Source: Histomonas meleagridis 2922-C6/04-290x (Eukaryota > Protista > Parabasalia). From it: 64,000 bases of DNA. Made by a program: the position numbers and the translations under genes. The notes under the pieces are model-generated. The model saw nothing but the letters and a program-made list of their open reading frames with translations, was not told the DNA's origin and made no database searches. The first letter of the stretch is position 1. Every line of letters starts with the position of its first letter. The stretch covers positions 62,001-126,000 of the forward strand of contig JAANOX010000062.1 of NCBI GenBank assembly GCA_020184695.1. Direction: 5' to 3'. Positions 22,277 to 32,410 of the stretch are shown piece by piece.

Positions 22277-23866
22277 ATGATCGCTCAAGACACTAACATC
22301 AATCTCTGTCTTATTACAGACGAAGGCGTAACCAAAAAAGGTCTTCTTAAAATGCAACACAACAATGGGAATGTTTCACTTAGTTTTTATCCCGAGTATT
22401 CACCCGATCCTTCACGTCCCAAAGCTCAAAAACGTATTGCTCAGATTCCTGATTATGTTCATCAACTCAGTGATTTTACAATGATTGAAATGGACAGCAA
22501 AGATCGTTTAATAGTAACACTTTCTGGATCAAGATCACATTGTGTTTTATATTTCACCCGCGACAATGATATATATCATTTCCTCAAGTATATTTCAGGG
22601 AAAGTACGCCTTAAAAACTCTGATTGCAACCCCTGCGTGTACTTGTTGGAACCATTGGACTCAACCCAAAACACAAAAGTGACGCCATTCAATTCTACTT
22701 CTTTACCGCAGTCATCGCCGCATGCCAGCAAAGCTCCAAGTCGTGTTTCTCTTCAGAAAATCAAATGTGACGGACTCGAATTTACAACTGATGAGAACAT
22801 AACTAAAATGAGCGCAGAAGAATATCGAGCATTATTCGATCAAGATGGTAGAATCATTGACAAAGAGCAATTCCCAGCGATATTTTACAATAAGGACATA
22901 GATTTAGAGGTCGCAGGCGATTTATGGAAATTATTATTAAATAGAGGAAGTCAAGATTCAGAATGCTCTAATGTATCAGACGACAAATGCGCACATCTTT
23001 CAGATGCAGAAAAGACATATGAAGAAAGAAGGAAACAAGATGAAGATAATAAGAAGAAATATCAAGCGGTGAAAGAACAATGGGAAACAACGACAATTCG
23101 ACAGTGGCGGAATTATCCCAAATCCCAACAAAAGACTGAGAACCTTCGTTCTCTTGTCGAACTTCTCGAAGATGATCTTGTCAAGAACCAAAATCTTTTT
23201 TCACATTTTAACCATCCGATGTGTGTCCAAAAGATTGCGTTTAATATCCTTTTGACCTTATCCATCTACAATTGGGACAATGCATATTATACTGAAGGTC
23301 TCATCACTTTTCTTTCACCATTTTTGGACTCATTCATCAAAGATGCCGACTGTGATCATGTTACCAAGCATAACGGCGAAGTTGTGCCAATCATTGATGT
23401 CGAATCTGAAATTTTCTGGTGCTTCACTAAGTTCTATGAACATAATAACCTGAACGACTTAGTTCGATCTTCACAGCCTATGATGAAACCACTTCTAATA
23501 GCCATTGGATATATATTAGCCGAAAACTTTCCCGATTTGTTACAATTGCTTAATCAAAAACACGCGTTTTCTTTGGACTTTTTACGAAACGATATCTCGA
23601 AATGGTTCACAACTTGTTTTAGAGATAGCGATATTCGTCGATTGTGGGTTTCGATTTTGTCATTTTCTTCTTCTTTCCAATTCTTCCAATGTTTTGTTGT
23701 GTCATTGTTATTTTCACTTGCGCCGAATTTCGTCGAAATTAACCCTTTGAACGGCGACGAGTTTGTGAAAAGATTCCACACATTAAAGACAAAAGTGTCA
23801 CTCAATTTGCTGCTCAAAAATACTGAGCAACTGATAAAGAAATTACATAGTAAACAACAACATTGA
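22277..23866 (+). CDS. Rab-GAP TBC-domain protein (TBC1D15/17-like architecture), degenerate catalytic fingers
   Basis: YQAVKEQWET, LEDDLVK (IxxDxxR site), NILLTLSIYN..YYTEG (YxQG site), FWCF and KWFTTCF...RLW. Confidence 0.75.
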   Translation: MIAQDTNINLCLITDEGVTKKGLLKMQHNNGNVSLSFYPEYSPDPSRPKAQKRIAQIPDYVHQLSDFTMIEMDSKDRLIVTLSGSRSHCVLYFTRDNDIYHFLKYISGKVRLKNSDCNPCVYLLEPLDSTQNTKVTPFNSTSLPQSSPHASKAPSRVSLQKIKCDGLEFTTDENITKMSAEEYRALFDQDGRIIDKEQFPAIFYNKDIDLEVAGDLWKLLLNRGSQDSECSNVSDDKCAHLSDAEKTYEERRKQDEDNKKKYQAVKEQWETTTIRQWRNYPKSQQKTENLRSLVELLEDDLVKNQNLFSHFNHPMCVQKIAFNILLTLSIYNWDNAYYTEGLITFLSPFLDSFIKDADCDHVTKHNGEVVPIIDVESEIFWCFTKFYEHNNLNDLVRSSQPMMKPLLIAIGYILAENFPDLLQLLNQKHAFSLDFLRNDISKWFTTCFRDSDIRRLWVSILSFSSSFQFFQCFVVSLLFSLAPNFVEINPLNGDEFVKRFHTLKTKVSLNLLLKNTEQLIKKLHSKQQH

Positions 23867-24013
23867 GAAAAGGAAGGAAATAACAATGGGAAATGCGTTT
23901 TGGCTATGCTTCATAAATAATATTTTAATTAAATTTGTTTTTTGTTTTGTGTTAAAAAAGTTTCCAAATTTTTGTAAGATGATAATGATGTTAATCGTTG
24001 ACAAGACTGCTTT

Positions 24014-24274
24014 AAAAACGAAGTAATAAGTGTTAGAATCATTAGAGGTGTGGAAGAAATTGAATCATTGCTCATTAGTTTCATTGACAATATCATTATC
24101 AGAATAAAAATAGATTTGCATACCATGTAAAACACTAATAAAAACGAAGTATTAAGTGTTAGAATCATTTGAGGTGTTTAAAAAATTGAATCTGGTACTC
24201 ATTGGTTTCATTGGCAATATCATTATAAGAATAAAAATAGATATGCACATTATGTAAAACACTAATAAAAACGA
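24014..24274. repeat. Tandem duplication, ~126-127 bp unit x2
   Basis: AAAAACGAA starts at 24014, 24140 and 24267, and the two units align along their length with scattered substitutions. Confidence 0.88.
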
Positions 24275-24317
24275 ATTTGTTATTTACAAAAATTTTGTTT
24301 TCTTATCATCAAAATCT

Positions 24318-24327
24318 GGGGCACCCC
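24318..24327. promoter_or_regulatory. GGGGCACCCC candidate core-promoter element
   Basis: Exact 10-mer ending 62 nt before the ATG at 24390; the element recurs before other genes. Confidence 0.5.
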
Positions 24328-24389
24328 ATTATATTTGTTCGGACACATTGCAATGTATCCTTCGTATTCAAATTAGTTTCTAATTTGTA

Positions 24390-25478
24390 ATGCATTCTCA
24401 TGCTGCGAAGCGTGCTGAAGAAGAAGACAAATCAGAGAAACAAAAAAATTCAGTGTCCGTAATTCCTCCCCTTCCGAATAATTCAAAACATATTTCAGAA
24501 GCTATAAACCAACTTCAAAAATTTTGTGCGGCAATAGATCCAAATGGAAGAGATGCGCTAATGAAGGAAATTATACAACAAATTTTACATGCAAAATATA
24601 TGAATTCACTTGATCATATTAAGCCCAATTCAAATTCCAGCTACATATCACGTTATTGTACAGAGTTTACTGAAGTGGAAACACTTAGTGTAAAACCATC
24701 AGTGAAAGTTGTTTCAGCTCTTCATAAAATTGATCAATGTCTTTATGCTATCAAGCAATACCGTCGCCCAGTTCAGTCTCTTGATCCTGAGTCTTTAATG
24801 AGCGAGGCGCAACTGATCATAAACCTTGTTCATCCGAACATCATTCGATATTACACATCATGGATCGAATTCAGTATTGCTAACAATCATAACACCATTG
24901 AGTTTGGTACCAAAAACAAAAAGCCTACACCCAACATAGATTTCATATTTTATATCCAAATGGAATTATGTCAAAAAGAAAACATACTTGAACATTGCAG
25001 AAAGGTTGGAATCAGCTTCTCTGAAAAGCTTTCGCTTGCTTGCCGTGTTGCTGAGGGCCTTGCATACCTCCACAGCACTGGAATTGTGCACAATAACTTA
25101 AAACCGTCGAGCATTCTTATCGGCGTTGACGGCCAACCCAAAATTACGGGCTTCAAGAAGCACAAAAATGTATTTAGACAACATAATTGTGTGTACGCTC
25201 CACCAGAATTGCATAAAATCGATAAAAAAGCAGACGTTTATGCACTTGGAGTGATATTGTTCCAACTTTTTGGAAAATTTAAGTCTAAAGAAGAGGAAAA
25301 AGAAGCCATTGAAAAGCTGAGGTGCCAACGGACATTGCATGAATCATTCGGAGTAGTTCCAAACGAAATTTCGCAATTGATTTTGGTTATGACAGAAATA
25401 ACCGACGATAAACGTCCCCCCGCCGATAAAGTTGTAGAAACTCTAAGTGCAGTTGAACAAGCCGAAAATAATAAATAA
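24390..25478 (+). CDS. eIF2-alpha kinase (PEK/GCN2-like) family pseudokinase
   Basis: YAIKQY, LVHPNIIRYYTSWIE + insert + FYIQMELC and GLAYLHSTGIVH. HRD reads HNN and DFG reads TGF. Confidence 0.8.
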   Translation: MHSHAAKRAEEEDKSEKQKNSVSVIPPLPNNSKHISEAINQLQKFCAAIDPNGRDALMKEIIQQILHAKYMNSLDHIKPNSNSSYISRYCTEFTEVETLSVKPSVKVVSALHKIDQCLYAIKQYRRPVQSLDPESLMSEAQLIINLVHPNIIRYYTSWIEFSIANNHNTIEFGTKNKKPTPNIDFIFYIQMELCQKENILEHCRKVGISFSEKLSLACRVAEGLAYLHSTGIVHNNLKPSSILIGVDGQPKITGFKKHKNVFRQHNCVYAPPELHKIDKKADVYALGVILFQLFGKFKSKEEEKEAIEKLRCQRTLHESFGVVPNEISQLILVMTEITDDKRPPADKVVETLSAVEQAENNK

Positions 25479-25953
25479 CTGTTAGCAAATTCTCTTTTTG
25501 TTTCATAGTGCTTTAAGAAATAAAGTGATTCATCTTAAAATAATTTAAACAAATATATCGTGGAAAATATTCATTATTATAAATCATATTAACAAAATAA
25601 TTTTTACATAAATTCCTCATTATAAATTTAAATAATTTTCATCAAAATTAAAGAAAATGAAGAAATATTGAATTTTTTATGTTATTTGTAAAATATCAAT
25701 TTTTCCAAATGACAAAACAATTTAATACATCTAATGCATTAAAATTTTATTGAAAAAATTGGTGATTTGCATCAATTAGAGAAATATTTAATAAATTTTG
25801 TTATTTTGATATCCATATTGCACCAAATCACCAATTCTTTGGTATTTTACGTTTTTGTTAAATGCAAATTCGTTAATTTCCACAAAGAAAACGATACCTA
25901 TCAAAAACTTTGTTCTAAAAACATAAGTAATTTTTGCTGCCTTTAATCTAATA

Positions 25954-27282
25954 CTATACTATAGTTTCAAAATCATCGAAATCGGAGTCAAAGCCGTTAT
26001 CGAAGTCGTCGTTATCCTTATATTCTTCGAATCCCATTTGGTACCTTAGCAACGCGCCTATGCCGCCGAGTCCCTTCACGAACTGTGCGCCTTCTGAAGA
26101 TTTGTTGGTTACGAATTCCAACTTCACGCCCTTCGACTTATGGTTTTCGGCCATCCAATCCGTAAGTAACACTTTGTCGACAAGTTGCTGATGAGCTTCA
26201 TCTTTCAAGTGCTCGTTCTTCTCGAGCTGATATTCGGAGAAATACTGAATGATTTCATTACCTTCAGCGTCATGTAATGTGCAACGATATTCCTTTAATT
26301 CATCCCAAAGAATGATTGTTTCAATTGCGCCTGCTTCGAATGCTAACATTGTTTCACGTACACCAAATGCACATGCTCCACCTGTAGAAATACTTTCGAA
26401 TAACTTATTAAGTAATTCTTGTTCACGAACTAAACGGACATCTTTCATTAAGTCAGCGGCCATTTTAATGGTTTGATTAAAGCCATCTTCACCACCATAA
26501 CAAATATCATAAATACCCAAAATGATGTTACGTAAACGAGGATCTAAGATATCGGATTGACTAAGCTGGTTCTTAAAATCTGCAGCGCCCGATAGGATCA
26601 AACCGGTGACGATAGGTTCGGCCGTTTGGGGGTCGATGAAAACCGTCGTGGCGGTTTCGGCTACTTTACGCACATAGTTATGACGTGCTTCGACTCGGAG
26701 ACGTGCGAAACGGATAGATGACTGACCACCTTTGGAGTGTTTCTTGGGAAGATCAACACTGAATCTATGTAAGATGGTACGGGAATCTCCTGCAACCATA
26801 CCATAAAGGCATCCTTGACCATCCATAATGATAAAGCCGAACTTTTCGTTGGTCTCTAAAAGTTCGTATAATGGTTCAACATGGAAACGACGGTCACAAA
26901 TGTAAAGTGATTGATGTAATGGACGAACTGGCTCGAAATCCATCATGAGCTTCTTCTCTTTGCCTTCGTCATCAATTATGGTACCACAGAATAAACAAAG
27001 GCCATTTGGAGGTGTGGTTTGATACTGTCCAAGTTTTTGAATGGATGAAGTAATGGCAGCTTCAACGGATTGACGATTTACACGGTTCTTGATGTTGGAG
27101 GCTGTGCCAAGTTCATCGGTTAATTTTTGACGCATTCTATAGACTTGGTCATGAGGTGGGATAAGGATTGTAACCATTGAAGTTCCATCACCGCGTGCAT
27201 CACGAAGGAAGTTGATCGTTTTCTTGAGCTTGAACATTTCGATTGGATCGATTTCTGCTTCTTTCCTTGCTTTTGGAGGCAT
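25954..27282 (-). CDS. eRF1: Eukaryotic peptide chain release factor 1
   Basis: GTS, TASNIKN (NIKS loop), YICDRRF (YxCxxxF), GGQS and GGIGALLRY. Likely ATG at 27282 (MPPKARK). Confidence 0.97.
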   Translation of the reverse strand: MPPKARKEAEIDPIEMFKLKKTINFLRDARGDGTSMVTILIPPHDQVYRMRQKLTDELGTASNIKNRVNRQSVEAAITSSIQKLGQYQTTPPNGLCLFCGTIIDDEGKEKKLMMDFEPVRPLHQSLYICDRRFHVEPLYELLETNEKFGFIIMDGQGCLYGMVAGDSRTILHRFSVDLPKKHSKGGQSSIRFARLRVEARHNYVRKVAETATTVFIDPQTAEPIVTGLILSGAADFKNQLSQSDILDPRLRNIILGIYDICYGGEDGFNQTIKMAADLMKDVRLVREQELLNKLFESISTGGACAFGVRETMLAFEAGAIETIILWDELKEYRCTLHDAEGNEIIQYFSEYQLEKNEHLKDEAHQQLVDKVLLTDWMAENHKSKGVKLEFVTNKSSEGAQFVKGLGGIGALLRYQMGFEEYKDNDDFDNGFDSDFDDFETIV

Positions 27283-28163
27283 CTTAAAAGTGGGCCTGTG
27301 GTTGGGCCGACTTTTGTGAGCCGATAGCAAAAGTGTCGTATATGACTCAATAAATTTTATCTCATGTTTAAACACAAAACTGTTCTTAGAGTAGTAACGC
27401 AATAGCACAAAAATGTTCTTGAAACATATGTTAGTGTACATTTACTGCTATTTTTGTTTTTGCTGTTTAATGTGACTTGAGATTTCAAAAAGATTAGAAA
27501 AATGAATATATTTTTAAGTATCAATTAGATCTAATCAAGAAAAAACACTTTTTTTCGGAAATATTTTTATAGCCTTATAGTCATACTTTTAGTTTTAGAT
27601 AAAAAAAAAACTATTGTTCAGGAGAATTATTGACCATTTCCTGTTCCCACTTCTTTATATAAGAATAGATAGAAAAATAACTATCGATACAACATTAAAT
27701 CAACCGAAATACGTATTTTCTGGGCGTTCTCTCCGATAAGGTTATGTGTAACTTTTTCAATTAGCTAATTCTGAGGAAAATCGTTTTGTCAAAACATTAT
27801 GATTTCAGACTGTCAGAAATGTTTTTTCAATTGAAATAGTCCAAATTTGGACTCCTTTATAAAGGAGAATCTGAAACTCGATTCCAAAAAAGCATGCTAA
27901 CTTTTAGAAGTCGATGATAGTTTTATAAAGCTAAAAGTTTGTCTTTTCAGACGTACGCAAATGTGCTATTAAGTTTTCAGGTTGGGAAAAATTTTAGAAC
28001 GATGTGATAAGAGGTAAAAGACATATTTATGTAAATGGTTTAAAGACAATCCAATAGTACAAATGGGTTTGATCGAAAATGTATTTCATGGCAGATTATC
28101 AAGTGAATGCATCCAGTGGAACCTTCTTATAGATTTATCATTGGAATCGTTCGAAAATGGTTT

Positions 28164-28173
28164 GGGGCACCCC
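28164..28173. promoter_or_regulatory. GGGGCACCCC candidate core-promoter element
   Basis: Exact 10-mer ending 10 nt before the in-frame ATG at 28184. Confidence 0.45.
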
Positions 28174-28183
28174 AACACTTATC

Positions 28184-28438
28184 ATGAAACACAACAACTT
28201 TCACAAACTAACAAAAGAGCAAATTGACAAAATTTCAGGGTTATTGGAACAGATACCAATCGAAAAGCAATTAAATGGCCAGTTTCTTTCATCTTCAGAA
28301 AATAAAGTTGATTTAATCATTAGCAAAAATCTAGAAAAAGAATCTCCAACAACTGAAGCATCACACATGACAGAAAGTCAAGGTAAAGCCAAAACAAACC
28401 AAGACCTTGATTCTTGGCTTGATGGTCTCATCGGATAA
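28184..28438 (+). CDS. Small hypothetical protein ending DLDSWLDGLIG
   Basis: Protein-like composition and a motif-like acidic/Trp C-terminus. The start was chosen because the GGGGCACCCC element precedes ATG 28184. Confidence 0.45.
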   Translation: MKHNNFHKLTKEQIDKISGLLEQIPIEKQLNGQFLSSSENKVDLIISKNLEKESPTTEASHMTESQGKAKTNQDLDSWLDGLIG

Positions 28439-28745
28439 TTTCAGTTGTTAATATTCTCCTCAATAAATTTGTGTTAACCTATAATCTTCTTGCTTCATTT
28501 ACTTTTTTGGGTATTTAATTTTCAAAAAGATTTCATATTTATTTTTAATATTTCTGGTACTGACTCATAGTCTTATTGAAACTGAAAAATAATTATTAAA
28601 AATGAGCAAAACACATTTTTTTTTTTTGATTTATAATTTCATTTTTCGCCAATATATTAAAATGAGCGATAGCATTTTTTCAATAGCAAAAATCGGTTTC
28701 TGTATTCAAAACGCGCACTTTTCATTTACATAGCACATGCTTTAT

Positions 28746-29885
28746 TTATACACGTTTCCCACAAAGTGCTTCTCGAACACCTTTGTGTGCAACTTTCAAT
28801 GTTCCATTATCAGACAAGTACAAGTGTCCGGACTTTAGCAAATTCACAATTGGCATCAAATCGCCTTTTTCTTGGACTCTCATTGTTCCATTCATGTAAC
28901 AAAGTTTCGCAAGAACACTCGGAACATCGCCTGTAAGCATCTTCCGCAGGTGCGTCTTGACTGCGCTCTGTTGTGCCTCAACAGATTCATCAATGCCGAT
29001 GCCAACTTTGAGATCTTCAAAAACGCGTTCGATTGTTCCGCCATGACCACCAAAGCGCTCGAGAACTTTGCGCATTTCGATGGAGCTGAATGCGCGTGTT
29101 GAAACAATCCAATCGTGAGTTGGATCGCGAAGTTCGCGCATCTCATACAATATGACATATGAAGGAAGAGTTGGCTGAGTAAGGCGAAATGAAGAGTCTC
29201 GAACTTCGCAGACAATGGGGACATTATCGTTGTAGAGAAGACGGCGCCCAATCCGAGAGAGTGCCGTTTGATATAAAATTGGAGCAATGGATTTGAGTGT
29301 TTCAAGGCCGTGAATGAAGATAACAGCGTTGAGTTTGCCATAGAGTAACTCTAGAGTATCAAAGAAGCTAACAATTGAATATGGATTGATGAGAGAATTA
29401 TCAAGATCTTTGGCTAAAGCAGCATAGATGGTACTAAGTGCTGGATCAAGGGCCTCTATTTCAAGTTGACTATTTGGTGGAAATAGTTCAGATGCAGATC
29501 GAATTCTTGAATATGATACAAAAGAATAAGCTGAGGTTAAACCATTGTATATAGCAGATTTAAATAACTCAACAACATCGTATGGGGTACGAGCTGTTGT
29601 GGCATCAACATTAATGACAAATTGCTTGTTTTTGATCATAAAATCAGCTGCAATATTCATTGCTCTGGATTTTCCACATTGATATGGGCCAGTAAGAAGA
29701 AGAACGCCACGTGTTGGGTATGTCTGTAAATACTTTGAAAGTGTTTGATTTAAATCATAATTCCAAACATATGGAAGTCTTCCATTATAACGCACAAATG
29801 TCCTCTTCATAGTAATTATCAAATATACAAAAACTGCAAGTAAGATAACTGCAAATGAAATGACAAGGTTTCTTGGTACTTTCAT
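28746..29885 (-). CDS. N-terminally membrane-anchored P-loop ATPase-like protein
   Basis: TM helix LVISFAVILLAVFVYLII; Walker A GPYQCGKS; Walker B position reads VIFIHG (degenerate). Confidence 0.68.
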   Translation of the reverse strand: MKVPRNLVISFAVILLAVFVYLIITMKRTFVRYNGRLPYVWNYDLNQTLSKYLQTYPTRGVLLLTGPYQCGKSRAMNIAADFMIKNKQFVINVDATTARTPYDVVELFKSAIYNGLTSAYSFVSYSRIRSASELFPPNSQLEIEALDPALSTIYAALAKDLDNSLINPYSIVSFFDTLELLYGKLNAVIFIHGLETLKSIAPILYQTALSRIGRRLLYNDNVPIVCEVRDSSFRLTQPTLPSYVILYEMRELRDPTHDWIVSTRAFSSIEMRKVLERFGGHGGTIERVFEDLKVGIGIDESVEAQQSAVKTHLRKMLTGDVPSVLAKLCYMNGTMRVQEKGDLMPIVNLLKSGHLYLSDNGTLKVAHKGVREALCGKRV

Positions 29886-30750
29886 TAGAAATTACCTTAA
29901 ATCAGCAAACGTTTTCCTAAGAGGTTTAATTCAAATTTTGATATTGAAAACCTCATAGAAAATATTGAAATAAACTGGATTTCTTCTTTGTTAAAGTTCA
30001 ACTCAAAACGATAGAAATGTAAAACATTCAATTATTGGGGAAATGTAAAGTTTAGAAATAATCAATGGTTCTAGTGAAAGGATGTAAATCAGATAATTAA
30101 TTTTAATGAAATTTTATTCGACTTCAAAAAGTCATATAAATTTGTTCCGCCTTGTATGGGAGATGATAATTGTATTTGATTTTATCATATAAGACATGCA
30201 TATTTTTGCATCAAGCGAAAAAAGTTCAGGCATGCGAAAAAGTCAAGCTATTCAAGAATTATATCTAATAAACATCATAAATCATCGTTCGATATCACTT
30301 TTTGAGGAGTATTCGATCTTGATTCTCATCAGCGAAGGCACTAGATATGTAATCACATGTGAACCACTTTTTCCTGAAAGCATTTTAATAAATGTTTGGT
30401 CGTTGCAATTATTGGAATTAATTACGTTTTTAGCTGTAAATTAATTTCATCGATATAACATTATAATGAAAAATAAAATATAACCATTTTGATTAATAAT
30501 TACTAATACATATATAAGTACAATCGACTCATCATAAATATATATTGATTTTCACAAAATATTTTCATTTTTTTTTATAAATTTTGAATACTATCGTTCA
30601 GAATGACCATTCAAAATAATTTTGAATGCAGATTGTCACTTTTGAATCAGGGAGTATTAATAAATATTTATCAGAACAATTCGGTAAAACCGTATATTCA
30701 AAATTTCTGACCATTAAAATATGCCGCTTTAAGTGTTTAATTCATTTATC

Positions 30751-32205
30751 ATGAGTTCAACAAATTATCCAGACGAAGACAATACAAACAACTATAATCT
30801 TCTAACTGGAATAAGGAGATATGAAGCAAGAGATGACAACTTATCATTTTCTGATGATTCAATACAAAAGAAAATTGATTCACTTGAAGAAATTAAACAG
30901 GAAACACTGGCGAAACTTCAACTAGATGAATGCATTGAAGCAATAACGATCGAACCTGACAAAATTTGTAACCAATTAATTCAAGAACTTGAGATGAAAT
31001 TTTCAACTGAATTCCAAACCACAGAAGCTTACGAACAAATTAGAGAAAAAATTGAGAGTGTGATAACAGCCAAATGTGAGGAATTTACAGAAATTATAGA
31101 TAAAATAAAATTTAGGCAACTTCAATATTACAAAGGAAAAATTATTACTGTTATCAATAAGTGTGAACCTAAGATTATGGAAAAACTTGGTAAAAGCAAA
31201 CAAATTAAAATATCTGAAATCCTTAATTTTGATGAATATAAGAAATTAGAAAAATTATGTTCCAGAATTGTTGATAATGTTAACCTAAGTAGTTCAATTT
31301 ACTCAGATATAAAACCCCAAATCAATGATTTTAAAACAAAACAATTTCAAAAATTATCAGAAAATATAAAAAATTCTGCTCGAATAGTTAAAGAGAAAAA
31401 CATTCGAAATAATTTAAAATCTAAAGCTAAAGAAATCATAAAATCAGAAATAAGAAATCTTGAAACTAATATTATGAATAAATCAATTTCACAAATATAT
31501 GAATACACTATAGGAGAAGTAAGTAAACTTATTATAGAAACGTGTAAGCCAAAGCTTTGGCAGCAAATACAAGAACAAGGCACTAATTATAGTTCTGTTT
31601 TAAATCAATTTGAAAATGAAATTTTCTCCGAAGTTATAAATAAATATTATGATAATATCAGAAGTACATTATATAAAGTAAAAAGCATTGCAATTGAAAA
31701 TATTATTAATTTACTTCAAGACAAAATTAACAATGATATTCAGGAAATAGAAAAAGATATTTATAACAATGATAATGTTCAAAGTTTTAATAAAATTTAT
31801 CAAATTGTTTCAAATAAAGCAAAAACAATTCATAATGAATGCATCCTATTAATAAGCAGTAAAATCGAAGAAAATAATGAAAGTTTAAGAGTTCAAATCA
31901 TTGCAAAATATCAAGAAATCACTGCTTTAAAGGATTTCATTCGATTGACCTTAGCTGCATCAAAAGAAGATACTCATTCACAAAGGAAAATTTTGAAAAA
32001 AATTATTGACGCTTTCATTGAAAAAGAAGTTGAACAACAAAAATCAAAAGTTAAAAATAATCCTAAATTAGCAGATGATGTATTTCATCGAATTAAGCAA
32101 AAATGTGAAAACAGAATTAATTTTATAGATTTCACAGACAAATCCCTTAAAAGTGAAATTAATAATTATCTTAATGATAATTTAAATACTAAAAAACAAA
32201 TTTAA
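30751..32205 (+). CDS. Hypothetical helical/coiled-coil protein
   Basis: Intact K/E/I/N-rich ORF. The ATG at 30751 is preceded by Inr-like TTCATTT. No family recognised. Confidence 0.55.
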   Translation: MSSTNYPDEDNTNNYNLLTGIRRYEARDDNLSFSDDSIQKKIDSLEEIKQETLAKLQLDECIEAITIEPDKICNQLIQELEMKFSTEFQTTEAYEQIREKIESVITAKCEEFTEIIDKIKFRQLQYYKGKIITVINKCEPKIMEKLGKSKQIKISEILNFDEYKKLEKLCSRIVDNVNLSSSIYSDIKPQINDFKTKQFQKLSENIKNSARIVKEKNIRNNLKSKAKEIIKSEIRNLETNIMNKSISQIYEYTIGEVSKLIIETCKPKLWQQIQEQGTNYSSVLNQFENEIFSEVINKYYDNIRSTLYKVKSIAIENIINLLQDKINNDIQEIEKDIYNNDNVQSFNKIYQIVSNKAKTIHNECILLISSKIEENNESLRVQIIAKYQEITALKDFIRLTLAASKEDTHSQRKILKKIIDAFIEKEVEQQKSKVKNNPKLADDVFHRIKQKCENRINFIDFTDKSLKSEINNYLNDNLNTKKQI

Positions 32206-32410
32206 AAGATGAAGCTACGAAATATATTGATAAAGAAGAATCACATTTACCCACATTTTCATCGGTGAGTCACGAAGAAGTGTGGAAAATGTTATCAGCC
32301 ATGAGGAAGGCATGGATTTCTGAGCATTCAAAAAGTGTGAATTGAACATATATTAAAATAAATTATTTATGTAATTCTGTTGTTTATTGATTCCAAGAGA
32401 GCACATAAAT

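Noticed and set aside
25954-27282. Variant genetic code implied by eRF1 TASNIKN
   Set aside because: Intact genes here end in TAA, TAG and TGA, and long conserved ORFs have no in-frame stops, so there is no sign of reassignment.
27952-27979. Short GT...AG intron (GTACGC...TTTTCAG)
   Set aside because: It lacks the CTAAC branch motif of parabasalid introns and there are no flanking exons to join.
28400-28438. Aven-like protein from the C-terminal DSWLD motif
   Set aside because: The similarity is only about 8 residues and the other Aven motifs are not visible.
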